Positions 53,303 through 64,000 of a stretch of 64,000 nt of DNA are shown piece by piece (positions within the stretch are counted from its first letter, which is position 1; each line of letters begins with the position of its first letter). This stretch comes from Gnetum montanum (Eukaryota > Plantae > Gnetophyta). The notes beneath the pieces were generated by a model. It had not been told where the DNA came from and made no database searches. It saw only the letters and a program-made list of their open reading frames with translations. The stretch is taken from positions 383,157 through 447,156 of the forward strand of contig MNCI01000851.1 in assembly GCA_015680685.1 (NCBI GenBank), in the 5' to 3' direction. The position numbers and the translations under genes are program-made.

Positions 53303-55690
53303 TTAGTATCCATAAGGATTAGGTTGTCCATATGGGTACTGTTGATGTGGTAGTCGCATGGCCCATGATTGATGCTATTGTCACTATTGATAATATTTCT
53401 CCTACAATTACGGTAAAGGTCCACTAGGATAATACATTGGTTGAAGATTTTGGTAGTAGCTACCTTGAGAATAAGGTAACCATTTGGGCATTTATTTTTA
53501 AAAAAATTTGGGGTTAAGTGTGTATGCCCTTGTTTCTTACAAATGTGCTATAACTGAACAACATCCCTTAGGATGTTCATACTAACACATAGTACAACCT
53601 TCTTCGTCTGTAGAGCTAGTATCTGAGACCTTAACTATTGAAGCAATTTTTCTTATTGATGGATCCCTATTATACTCTTTAGCTGATTCTCTTTTTCTAA
53701 GTTCACCACCTTCTTTTGTTAGTTGATCCATTAGTCTTTGAATACAATGGATGGTCAGTTCTGATAATCTTCCTTAGGCATAAACCCCAAGGGTCTCTTT
53801 GGTTTTACTTCTTAGCCCATCTACGATGTGCCTATGCTATTCCTTTAATGAAAATCCATGGCCTGGGCATCTATGTAATAGTGAATAATATCTGCCCAGT
53901 GCTACATTAAGGGTTTTGTGAGTCGCTTATTTCCAATTTTGGATTTTTTTTTCTTAAATTTGACACTCATGCATAGGTCTGATATTTATCATTAAAGATT
54001 TCAAGCATGGTACTCTAGCATCTAATGGATTTAGGTTCTAGTGACCTATACCAGCCTTATGCTTCCTTCACAAGTGTTCTAGGAAGTAGCTTTAATTTCT
54101 ACCAATCACTCTCTATGTTTTCAAGGGCACAGGCATTGTGGAATGCTTGAAGGTGATGTTGGAGATCAACCTTGTAACCACCTTCAAATTGTGGTATATT
54201 GTTCATATCTAGTTATTTGATTTGGCTATCTCTCACATGCATAGTCAATATGTAGACAGCTTCCTAAATATTGATCATGCTTTGGGTTGCCATAAGGGAT
54301 TCATTATTGTGATTGGGTTCATATGCTTTGTTGTAGTCGTGTCCCCTTCTATGCTCGTATCTCTCTTGATCCTCTTTTCTGTCTCTTCTTCTCCTTCTTT
54401 CATGCTCTTCATCTTTTGAATCAGAGTACCATGAATATCTATCATGATGATCATGAGCTCACCTTTCTTTCCTATCAAACTCCCTATACTTATGTCTTCT
54501 CTTGTTAAATTCCTCTAACCATCATGATGAGGAAAATGAGGTGGCAGGAGAATGGTGTCAACTAGTTCTCCTTTCATGACTCTTGTGAATTTCTCTCTAA
54601 GATTTAGTAGGATCCCTTGGCCTAGAGTCCCACTTGTATATTGAGTTAGTAGCCTCCCCCTTGTGTGTCTCTACCAGAGTAGAATGAAGTTGGGCTTTGA
54701 CAAGTTCCTCTAGTCCAATGACAGGTGTCTTTGAATAACCCTCATGGTTTTGGTGGAGTTGTTCTGAAATGAATTGATTAGCATCAAGTTCTTCTATGAT
54801 AATAGAAGTGTTAGTTTGCTTTCTTTTGTTGTGTATATGTTTGATCTCCATGGCAGCATCTCTTCTCATCTGCTCCTTTGTGGATTCATAGGGTTTGGTC
54901 ATGTGTTGAGTTACATGATACCCTTCTTGAATCTAGTCCAAATGCATTTTTTAGGGTAGTTTTTAGCATGTTCAGTGCATGTTCTAGAGGCAAGACTATG
55001 TTTCCTTGTATGTCTCTCCACCTCATTTGCTTGTCCTAATGGAAGATGAAAGTAAAGTCTGAATGGTATAGATTAGTGTGAGCATAAGTGATTCATGTTT
55101 ACATTGGTATCCCCCATTCATCTTCATCAATAATTCTATCACTACTTCTTCTTGTCTCCTTAACAAGTGATAGTTAATCATTATGTGAAGTAATATTATA
55201 GTTTTAGATTGTTTATGTTAAAAGTGTGCTTTACTTATAATTGTTAAATTTAACTTAAAGTTTCAAATACACTGACCTTTGAAAAATTAATTACTTAGCA
55301 TAACATTGAATTATCCTCGGCAATGGTGCCAATGATGAGCGGTGGAGTATAAAACTAAGTGTTGCTACAATGACAAAAAGTAATCTCAATCTATATTTTT
55401 GGTCATGCAATGCATCTAAGTACATCACATTTGAATAAAGACTTTGATCAATCACTTAACATCACACTACAGGCACACACTACTAAGTACTGAAAGCTAA
55501 AATCATGAAAACAAACTAAAAGAGTTCTACTACTTTGTTATCAAATATATTGCAGATCTGTGCACCTAAGTGTTGCTTTTATAGGTTGGCACGAACCCCA
55601 CGATATTGTTTATACGATAACATATCATGAAATACGATAACGTATCTATGACATCTTAGATACAATATCGTAACTATGATATTGTTATGG
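53303..55690 (-). mobile_element. Athila-like element, 5' part: internally deleted LTR 55333-~55690, PBS 55331-55314, gag interrupted by the neighbouring copy
   Basis: PBS TGGCACCATTGCCGAGGA follows CTCATCA. gag NIPQFEGGYKVDLQHHLQAFHNAC. ORF 54597-54902 is a paralog of 44964-45152. Confidence 0.82.
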
Positions 55691-55889
55691 TGAAATTTTT
55701 TACTTTATCAAGAGACAAGCAGAGGCCAATATGCAATATAATTTGATAATCAAATTTCTAACAGCTAATGGTTTCTACTCTATTCCAAAGAATGAACTAC
55801 ATCAAGCCAAGAATCTAACCCTTTTAACTATCATCCTTTAACTAGTTTGTAGACTTACCAAAAATACATCCTTTAATAAATACCTACTC

Positions 55890-56539
55890 CGGTTGTAGCC
55901 AGAGAAGCCATCCATGAAGGATAGCAGGTCATGACCAGCCGAAGTGTCAATGAGTTGATCAATGCTTGGAAGTGGCAAATCATCTTTGATTGTCGTCTTG
56001 TTCAGATCCTGGAAGTCTATGCAGATTTGTATTCCTCTTGTTTTCTTGGAAACTACGATGATGTTGGATACCCATTCTGAATAATCAACTGCACAGATGA
56101 AATCGGCTTGGTATAGCTTGGTGATTTCATCCCTCATGGCTAGTGCAACTTCTGGTTTGACTTTGCAAGTCTTCTGCTTGATTGCCTTCACATGTGGGTC
56201 TAGGATAATGTTATGTTGTATCAGTCGTGGATCTAGACCTAGCATGTATGACCATGTGAAGACTTTGATGTTGTCTTGTAGAATCTTGGCTACATTTTCA
56301 TGTGTCTATGCATCTAGGAGGGAGCTAAGTTTTAGAGTTTTCACTTCCCCCTTGGACATGGTCACAGACGTCTCAATGAGAGGGTCCTTGGTTACATCCT
56401 CGGCCTCTAAGTCTAGGGTTTAGACTAGATGCTCGGGCTAGTTTAGGGATGCTTATAAAGATGCTATGGTGCTAGCTATGGCTGATCCCTAGTCGATGAG
56501 GTTGTGGCAAACCGTTATGGCATTAAGATGTAGAGCATG
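55890..56539 (-). mobile_element. Tat/Ogre-like RT N-terminal fragment beginning at a splice acceptor
   Basis: GLDPRLIQHNI..EWVSNIIVVSKK..ICIDFQDLNK..KDDLPLPSIDQLID..LSFMDGFSGYN. Preceded by TACTAAC (56568-56562), a pyrimidine tract and AG (56541-56540). Confidence 0.85.
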
Positions 56540-57132
56540 CTAGAACAAGACATGTAAAGTTGTTAGTATGAGAATGCGATACTGCAAAAGAAATGCAAGG
56601 CTGCTAATGCGAAATGTGAGATTGCTAGTTTAGTATCATTGTAGACTACGAGTGTGCAACAGGTTGAAGCTATTATTTTAAAGTCCTTTTAGACCGTTAA
56701 TGGCACAACTATGCAAGGATTGCTAGTTTAAGGTATTTTCGGACCCGTAATGTTGTGATTGCTGGGGTTGCTAGTTTATGGTCTTTTTGGACCTGTAACA
56801 AAAAAAATATATATTTTTTATTTTTGGGAAAGGCGAACAGTTGGCTTGAAGCATGCCAAGGTTTTAAATACTAACAGTGCTATGATGTCATGGCGAGCAT
56901 GCTACGCTATACGACTCACTCTGCATTAATTGGAGAGAGAGAGCGACAAGTTTCCTTCTTTTCACCATTATGGCTATAAATAGGGATTAACCCCTATTAA
57001 AATTGCTACTTTCACCGTAACATAGAGCCCATATTTAGAGCACAAGGTAATTTCAGAGCATGGAGCAATTGTATCAGCAGAGAGAAAGGCAATTTCGAGA
57101 TAGCAATTGAGGAGGAATTTGCAAGCAAGGTG

Positions 57133-60100
57133 ATGGCTCCTAAGAAGAAATGCATGAATCTGACACTCGCTAAGGTTGAGGAGGCACAACAAACCCTAGG
57201 ACGTGTGACACAGGCTCATGCCGCGGCGTAGAAGGACATGTTATTGACCCAGTAGGCTACCGTGCTCCCTCCATTTTTGCAATTTTGTTGTTGTTTTTTC
57301 TTCTATTTTTTGCTTTCATTTTGTAGCCTAGTCTTTAGCTATTTGTGTTTTCTGTCATCACATTTTCTTGGTCTTTTCCTTGCCGTTGTTTCCATTTTGG
57401 CCAAGGCAAGTGCATAAATGTTATGCCATCATTGCATGCAAGGTCTCTTAAACTACCACTGCCACAGTTGTCGTAACCACGAGGGTTCGTGTAGTTTAAG
57501 TTACTTGATCTTCGAATGGTGTGACGTAGGACCCTCAAGAGGGTTGGGCCATGCATGATGTTATACTACGACACATGTTCTATTAGGGCGTATTGTTAAC
57601 CACCTTGTCAGGGTTAATTACTCTGTTGCTACACTAGGCTATTCTTGCTACAGTACTGCTTTCATGTTCTTGCTACGCTGTGTGCAGGAAGAGGTTTATG
57701 CTATGCTATGTGCATGATGTGCTAAGTATTGGTGCATTGCGTATGTATTGCACTTAGACATGATGCTAACACTTGCTGATTGGTGTGAAGGATGGGGCTA
57801 AGGCCAATCCTGATTGTTTTGGAAATTAGTGGAGTCCTATGCCATGTGAGAAAACCTATGGCTAATGCCCCTCCTCCCCAGATACGTATGGGAGAGTGGG
57901 GGGTATGGTTAAGAAAGGGGACATGAGACTTCTTACAATTCCTCCTTGACCACTTCAGTGTGATCGTTTGGTCCTCCCTAGCAAAGGAGGAGGTGGCCGA
58001 CATAACAAAAGCCATATTGCCTAGGGCAAGTCGGGGCATTCTGAGGTTTCTGATCGATGGGAAAATCATGAGCAAGCAGGGAGAAGGATCCAGTTAGTGC
58101 CCAATAGGATTAAGATGTTTGGCCTGGATGTGGGATATGCAGGAATATAGATACTACCACCATTTCAACACACTATTCCTTGCACGTTTTATAACGACAT
58201 GCTTCCAAAACCCTCAGGGAACTATCTACTGTGCTAGCGGGTTAGTTTTGCAGCCTTGTTTTGCTATGTTTTTACGATGTTGTTTGTATCAGCCTAATGC
58301 TAATGATATGCATTTGTTACTAGGTTCTTCATTAACCAGGATGGGGTTCATGACCCACCGGGTCTACTGGCTATAGCACAGATAGCCCTGCAGGAGTTCT
58401 CTTTTGTTGAGAACCTAGGGGCAGGCGTGATTGGTCAATGCACGGGTGAATATCACACCTACCTAGGTGTGTATTCAATTCCCTACAATCAGTGTAAGAG
58501 GCAGGTCTGGTTGGATGAGGAGTGGGCAAAGCTCTTCAAATTGGTCACGCTTGAACAAATTTTGGTTAAACTTCTAATGTTCCTATTACCATATAGACCT
58601 GGTAGGCTAAGTAGTAAGTGTTACATGCTTAAGAATCTTTTTAATCTTTGCATTTTTTGTGTTTTTATGCTAAATGTTTTTTGTGAAACTGTTGCAGGGG
58701 CAAAGCTGCCCTAGGAGGTGACAGTGGTAACCACCGAGACACAGGGGACAAACATCTACTTCAAGTATGATGAAGTAGAGCCGAGCCAATGCTAGATAAG
58801 CTATGTGGCTTCAGACTCCTTGGTCCAGAACATCCAAAAGGCTAGCCTTATGGATCTATTCTTGGCCTCGAATCTGAGTGTTCCTGTCAGAGAGATGCTC
58901 TCCCTGGTCAACTCCTTTTCTAAGAAGGCGAGTTACTTTCTTGTGTACATACACAATGTGCAGGTGATCATTGAAATTAATGACCAGTTATTCATGGACC
59001 TGTTTGGTGTTTCTACTAATGGCACTCCTATAGCATTGAGGAGCAAGCAAGAGCTAACCCTTCAGAAGAAGGACATTTAGGAGTGGTTGGGGCTTACCAA
59101 GGAGCGAATGGGGCTTCCCATGAAGAAGCTTAAGGATGGACCTGCCACGGAGATCTACCCTGTCTTTTGTGCTTATGCATTCCCCTAGCTACTTACCCAA
59201 GGGAAGGTCTTGGGGCTTCAACAAGCCTAGATAATGCATGAGGTAATGGAGGGAGCTCGTTACAACTGGGCTAGCCATCTGTGTAAAGGCTTGTAGGTCA
59301 AAATTTTAGGACTTTACTAGAAATTGGAGTCCCATTCCAACATACATTACGCCTTCTTCGTAGCCTACTTGAAGCATTTTTTGGAGTTCTTAGTGGTTCA
59401 GGAGAATGGAGTCTGGGTCATGTAAAATTGTAGCTAGATTTCTATACCATGGATTCCCAAAATCCTTCAGACCACATAAGCCTAAGATCCTCCAGAAATA
59501 ATTAGGGAGTTGTTCTCTGTGACGACTAATGAACGGGTGGCTTGCAATGTTCATGGCCAGGACAACATAGGAGAGATGCCCCCTGTTGTAGCTGGTAGCA
59601 TGTCACGAGGGGAGCGTCTCATAGCCAAGACTATGCCCAAGAGGTTGTAGTGAAAGGGATCTCCTCCTGCTGAGGAAAACCTTCGCGTGGAGGAAGAGGA
59701 AAGATTGCAGCTTAAGCTACAAAGGATACAACCTTCCATTGGTAAACACTTTTGTCTAATGCTTACTTTGTTATTGTTTGCTACACTATGCTACACTAGG
59801 CGATGTAGTGTAGCGTAACATTTTCTTGAAGCTACTTGTTGTGAACTAATGCAAACATGTTTTTTGCTAGTAGCGGAAGAAGAAGAAGAAGAAGAAGAAG
59901 GCGATGAAGAGATGTCAGTCCTTAAGATGGGGGTAACAAATAAAGACATGAAGGCCCCAGTTCTGGAAGAAAGGGCCTCGATCAAGAAGAGAAGAACCCT
60001 TATCGCTAAGGCGGGGGATCTTGTCATAAGGGAGAATCCTCCTACTAATGAAGAGGACCCTCCTTTGAATAAAAAAGATGCTGGTCTCGTAAAAGGAAAG

Positions 60101-61030
60101 GCACCAGAGCATGAGGGAGAGGCTCGTATAGACCTGGAAGGGACTTCTACCAGGGCTACAACCATCGTCTTACGTGAGCAAGAAAGGAGACCATAATTGG
60201 ATGCTGGTGAGTTTGGCGATATGTCTGCCTTACCCTAGTCCATTTCGGCCATTCCTGATTATTTAGTTATGTAACAGGTGCTACTATTGATGCTGTAGAA
60301 ACCCCTCCGATTCATGTAGAATCATGGACTGAGGTCCCCGATAAATTCACGTACATGCAAGGAATCATTAACAACATGATCAGTCATCATCAATTCTACG
60401 CCAAAGTTTACGCATGGGGGCAGTTCTAGAGAAATCATAAACACATGTATAAACAAGAAAATACCACCCATCATAAACTGTATAGGGATGCTACTGTGGA
60501 GGCATTTATGTACAAAGCATTCGTAAATTCCATTGATGCTTCTAAGGCTTATGCCAAGTTCAAGGAGTAGGTAAAGGTTACAAAATCTCCTGACCTAAAA
60601 GTGGATCTTCCCACAGGAGAGACCGCAACCATCTCCTTTTCTCCAGGACGACCAAGATGGACGACCACCAAAAGGGAGAGGGTTGTTACTGCAAATGTTG
60701 ATCCAAGCAATAGGTGTTGGGTAGACATTACGGTGGAGGAGGTCTGGCACTGCCTCAGGCTTGGCTTGGACTGGATACCCTTTGAGGCTGATGTAGGCCC
60801 TTCTTAGGTTAGTCCCTTTCTATTGTATTAATGCTTACGCTCTATTGCAGTTTGCATTTGTTACCCTAGGTAATTTCTTCACCCCAACGATGCAGGCTCC
60901 AGATGAGGGTGTAGGGCCTATAGAGGGAGGAAATGAAGAGGTGGTAGAGGAAAATGTAGGAGCAAGCGATGCAAAAGGAAATAATGCAAGAACACATGGT
61001 GAAGATGGTGCAAGCAGAAACAACCCATGA
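57133..61030 (+). pseudogene. Intron-containing, probably TE-encoded accessory gene: MAPKKK start, FCP1/NIF-like domain, plant-transposon-protein-like domain, acidic and low-complexity tail
   Basis: CTATAAATA at 56974 and MAPKKK at 57133. Coding-like blocks are separated by short T-rich introns with CTAA-type branch sites and acceptors at 58323, 58697 and 59870. Many in-frame TAG stops. The exon model is incomplete. Confidence 0.55.
57792..58230 (+). pseudogene. FCP1/NIF-family (HAD-fold) phosphatase-like domain, catalytic residues absent
   Basis: One frame reads ILIVLEISGVLC..VWLRKGT*DFLQFLLDHFSVIVWSS..LRCLAWMW..YHHFNTLFLARFITTCFQNPQGT. This is collinear with the family motifs LLVLDLDGTL, RPG..EFL..F.V.VWSS, K.L..LW and NTLLIDD..NP. 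Confidence 0.65.
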
Positions 61031-62445
61031 CAACATGGGATTTTTTTGAGTTTTAAAATTTTGTGCAACAAATTTTGCAAACATTGTTTAAAAGAAATTT
61101 TTTTTGAATAAAGTAAAGAGAATTTCTTGAAACAAAGATTATTTTTTCACTAACTTTGTGCAATGTATATGTGCTACATTTTGTATAAAATGTTCATGCT
61201 TTTTTTGCTATTTTTAGGCCGTTTCGGGCCATTGCTTCACATACCAAAGAGATGATACATTAACAACTTGAATAATGGCTAACTGGTAATTTATGCCAGT
61301 TTTAGGCCATTTCGGGCCATTGCTAGTTTTGGGCCATAGAGTAGCATAGTTTTAGGCCATCTCGGGCCATAGCGTAGCATGCCAAGAGGATGGCATATTA
61401 GCAAAGTAAAAGTGGTGAACATACAAGGGATGGTAACTGGGCAGGAAGCAATGGGGTTGCTACACTGTGCATAGCTGATTCTTGACCCACGGTGGGTTGA
61501 GCGGAATGTAAGACCGAGATGTTTTGTTAGGGCCCTCGTCCATGTCATTGTCCCCCACTTGGAAGGGCAACTTAACCCATGTGATTTCATTTTAGAGACC
61601 AACCTGGTGGGTCGATTCCCCCATTGAGTGGTTAATGTGCACGTGAGCAGGCATTTCATTCTTAGAGGTTACTGTTAGCACATTTAGCCATTTCATGGAA
61701 CATCAAAGGTGATAAAATATGAATAAGCCATAGAAGATATTAAATATATATATATATGATGGTTGTGCCCTACTGATGTTTTAATACCAGAGGTTTCATG
61801 TGGAAATTTGTTGAATGAAGATATAGTGTTTCCAATTTCAAATGATGATACGAAGGAAAGAAAAATTTATCTTGCTCTTGTGCAAAGGGAAGGTTGAAAA
61901 CAAAAAGAAGAATTGGAAAGCTTTATTGATTAAAAAGAGCTGACCCCATTCATGAATGCATCAATGAGAAATTAAAATCAACCTTATGGAGGTCACCATT
62001 GCAAGATTTGAATAACGTTTTTACTGTAAAGAGCAATTCCAGCCACTGTATGCATTGGAAGAAAAAATGAATGAAATTGCTGCAAATGATGAAAAATAGT
62101 CTAGAAGAATGCTCATTCTTTCACAAGGAATCACGTTGGTACTAACGCAAGGAAGTGCAAGGTTTATTGACCTGTAATGGCTTCTATTTTTATGCAAAAC
62201 CAACTGTTCTTTTTGGCCCCAAATCAACGACGCCTCTGCTGGGCGCGTTGTGCCAAAACCTTGTAGGGACATGGGTTCAAAGGTGGTGGAGGAAGAACTC
62301 GCATGGACGTTGCCGCTTTCAAAAATAGAAACCATTTAGTTTTAAAATTTTTTTCATCAAAATGCAACCGATCCGCCTGCCCTCAACAACGTTCACTATG
62401 TTCTACAATGCGCACACTGTGTGAAGATTTTTCTGGTTGTTACAG

Positions 62446-62925
62446 GGCTGTTCTTAACCTACCATACCAAATGCCATTATTCACTGATGCTCAGATCTAT
62501 GATACATTTGCTCTTGACTCTGTAATCAATGGCAGGAATTTGAAAGATGATTTGCAGGAACACAAAAAACGTAGGAAGCCCTAAGCGAATTTGGGGCAAA
62601 ATAAAACAGTTTCAAGCAACTAAAACCCTATGTCTAGGGCCATATGTTCAATACATCATTTTTTTCTAGATCTTTCTCCTCCAACAACTGAACATCACAT
62701 AGCAACGATGTCAGATGCAGTGGTAGAGCTTTCTTCCACGGTGGCGGTTGATAACGATTTTTGGCAAGGACGGGATATTTCGGAAGTATTCGATAGCAGT
62801 TCCAGGCTTGGCACCTTCACATTCAGGCCTGATGTTTTGAATTTAAATTTTTCCAGCCATTTTCATACGGGTGTAAGTGCACATAAATTATTCTCGATTA
62901 AGGTACCATCAACATTTATACCAAG
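62446..62925 (+). CDS. Two phase-compatible open exons (62446-62570, 62670-62925) of an unidentified gene or gene fragment
   Basis: Canonical AG/GT borders and a 99-nt intron. The joined reading AVLNLPYQMPLFTDAQIYDTF..EHKK/HLSPPTTEHHIATMSDAVVELS..KVPSTFIPR has no stops. The region retains CpG. Confidence 0.35.
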
Positions 62926-63079
62926 GTAGATATTATATTATCAACTTGTTCATAAAATCACTAAGAACTTCAATAAGTATTCTTTAAAATTTTAAACAAG
63001 TAAAAATGAAAAAATATTAGAGCTATAATTGTAAACAATTATATGAAAATATTGGAATTATTTTTCAAAAGAAATATTT

Positions 63080-64000
63080 ATATCTCCGAACTTCCTAACT
63101 TCCTAAGTTAATACTCCCTAACTTGTTGGGCAAGTCACTTAGGAGAGAAGTTAGGTAAGATATTTTTGAATATGTAACTACTTTTGAAACCTATAAAAAG
63201 GCTTCAAGGGGGTGTAAAAGGGGAGGGGGAAGAAGAAGAAAATGACTTTTGGAAAAGACAGTTGATACATCATACTTTGGAAGGCTACTAGCTAGCACTT
63301 AGGCTCTCACTTGAAGACACACTTTGGATATTGAGAAGAGCATTTGTAAAGAAGATTTATAAAGAAGATTGCTTGTGAGATGGCTTGCTAAAGAAAATAT
63401 TTCAGCCTCTTTGTCATGGTCCTGTGAGTTATGTATTTTATTTTATTTTTGTTTAAATTGTTTAGCTAGTGGTTTAGATAGTATCATCCTTGGCAAGTAA
63501 TTTTGGGATTTTTAGATTGCTTTTACTGTTCTTGTTGCCTGATAGGAATTTCTATTAAAATTTTGCCATAGAAGCACTTGTGTTTAAAAGCCTTAAGAGA
63601 ATTTTAGTAGTAAATTTCATTATTGTGCAACGTGTGGGAATTGCTATTGGGATTTTTGTAAGAGAGCCTCTATTTGTAGTCACGTTGTTGAACAATTCAG
63701 TAGCCGAGAGGGTTCAGAAAATCGTTGGTATTTTGATGGGACCAGAATAGCTTCTTTTTATCTTTAAAGTGAATTTCCGTGGTATTTCAATCAGAAATTA
63801 TCAAGTATTTCAAAGGTTCTATTGAATGCAATCGTTGACATCTATTATCTAGCCAAAATGGAGTCTTGTGCATGGTAGTTTACGCAGCAGTTTTTGGTAG
63901 CATAGTAGGATTGTCTTGAAGAAATTGCTTGTTTGAGCCTTGGAAGTTTAAACAATCATAGATATTGAATTTGGAATAGCTTTATTGCAAAGTGTTTACT
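63080..64000 (+). mobile_element. Probable LTR-like sequence running off the window end
   Basis: CTATAAAAAG at about 63191, followed by a purine-rich and then T-rich non-coding stretch typical of LTR R/U5. No boundaries confirmed. Confidence 0.3.

Noticed and set aside
57722-58075. 117-aa minus-strand ORF
   Set aside because: It is the antisense shadow of the FCP1-like frame on the plus strand.
1-64000. CRISPR arrays, rRNA, tRNA genes or prokaryotic operons
   Set aside because: None seen; the sequence is eukaryotic, with spliceosomal introns and plant LTR retrotransposons.

Overview
Land-plant nuclear DNA from a repeat-rich, heavily decayed region; the species cannot be determined. Most of the window is nested LTR retrotransposons: about six Athila-like Gypsy pieces (tRNA-Asp-type PBS, LTRs ending CTCATCA), three Tat/Ogre-like pol fragments (RT, RH, aRH, partial INT), a full-length decayed Tork/Tnt1-like Copia with a 5-bp TSD, a truncated Ivana-like Copia bounded by inverted LTR ends, and two copies of a pol-less SIRE-like element. 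Host-gene remnants lie between them: a ZC3H15-like exon split by the Copia, the 3' five exons of a BUD23/RID2 pseudogene, the 5' half of a BAHD acyltransferase directly upstream of it, and possible small secreted-peptide pseudogenes. No intact host gene could be supported. The most unusual structure is at 55.9-61.4 kb: a splice-acceptor-led Tat RT exon on the minus strand sits back-to-back with a plus-strand, intron-containing gene. That gene encodes an FCP1/NIF (HAD-fold) phosphatase-like domain lacking its catalytic aspartates, followed by a plant-transposon-protein-like domain. All family assignments come from manual translation and remembered motifs, not database searches.
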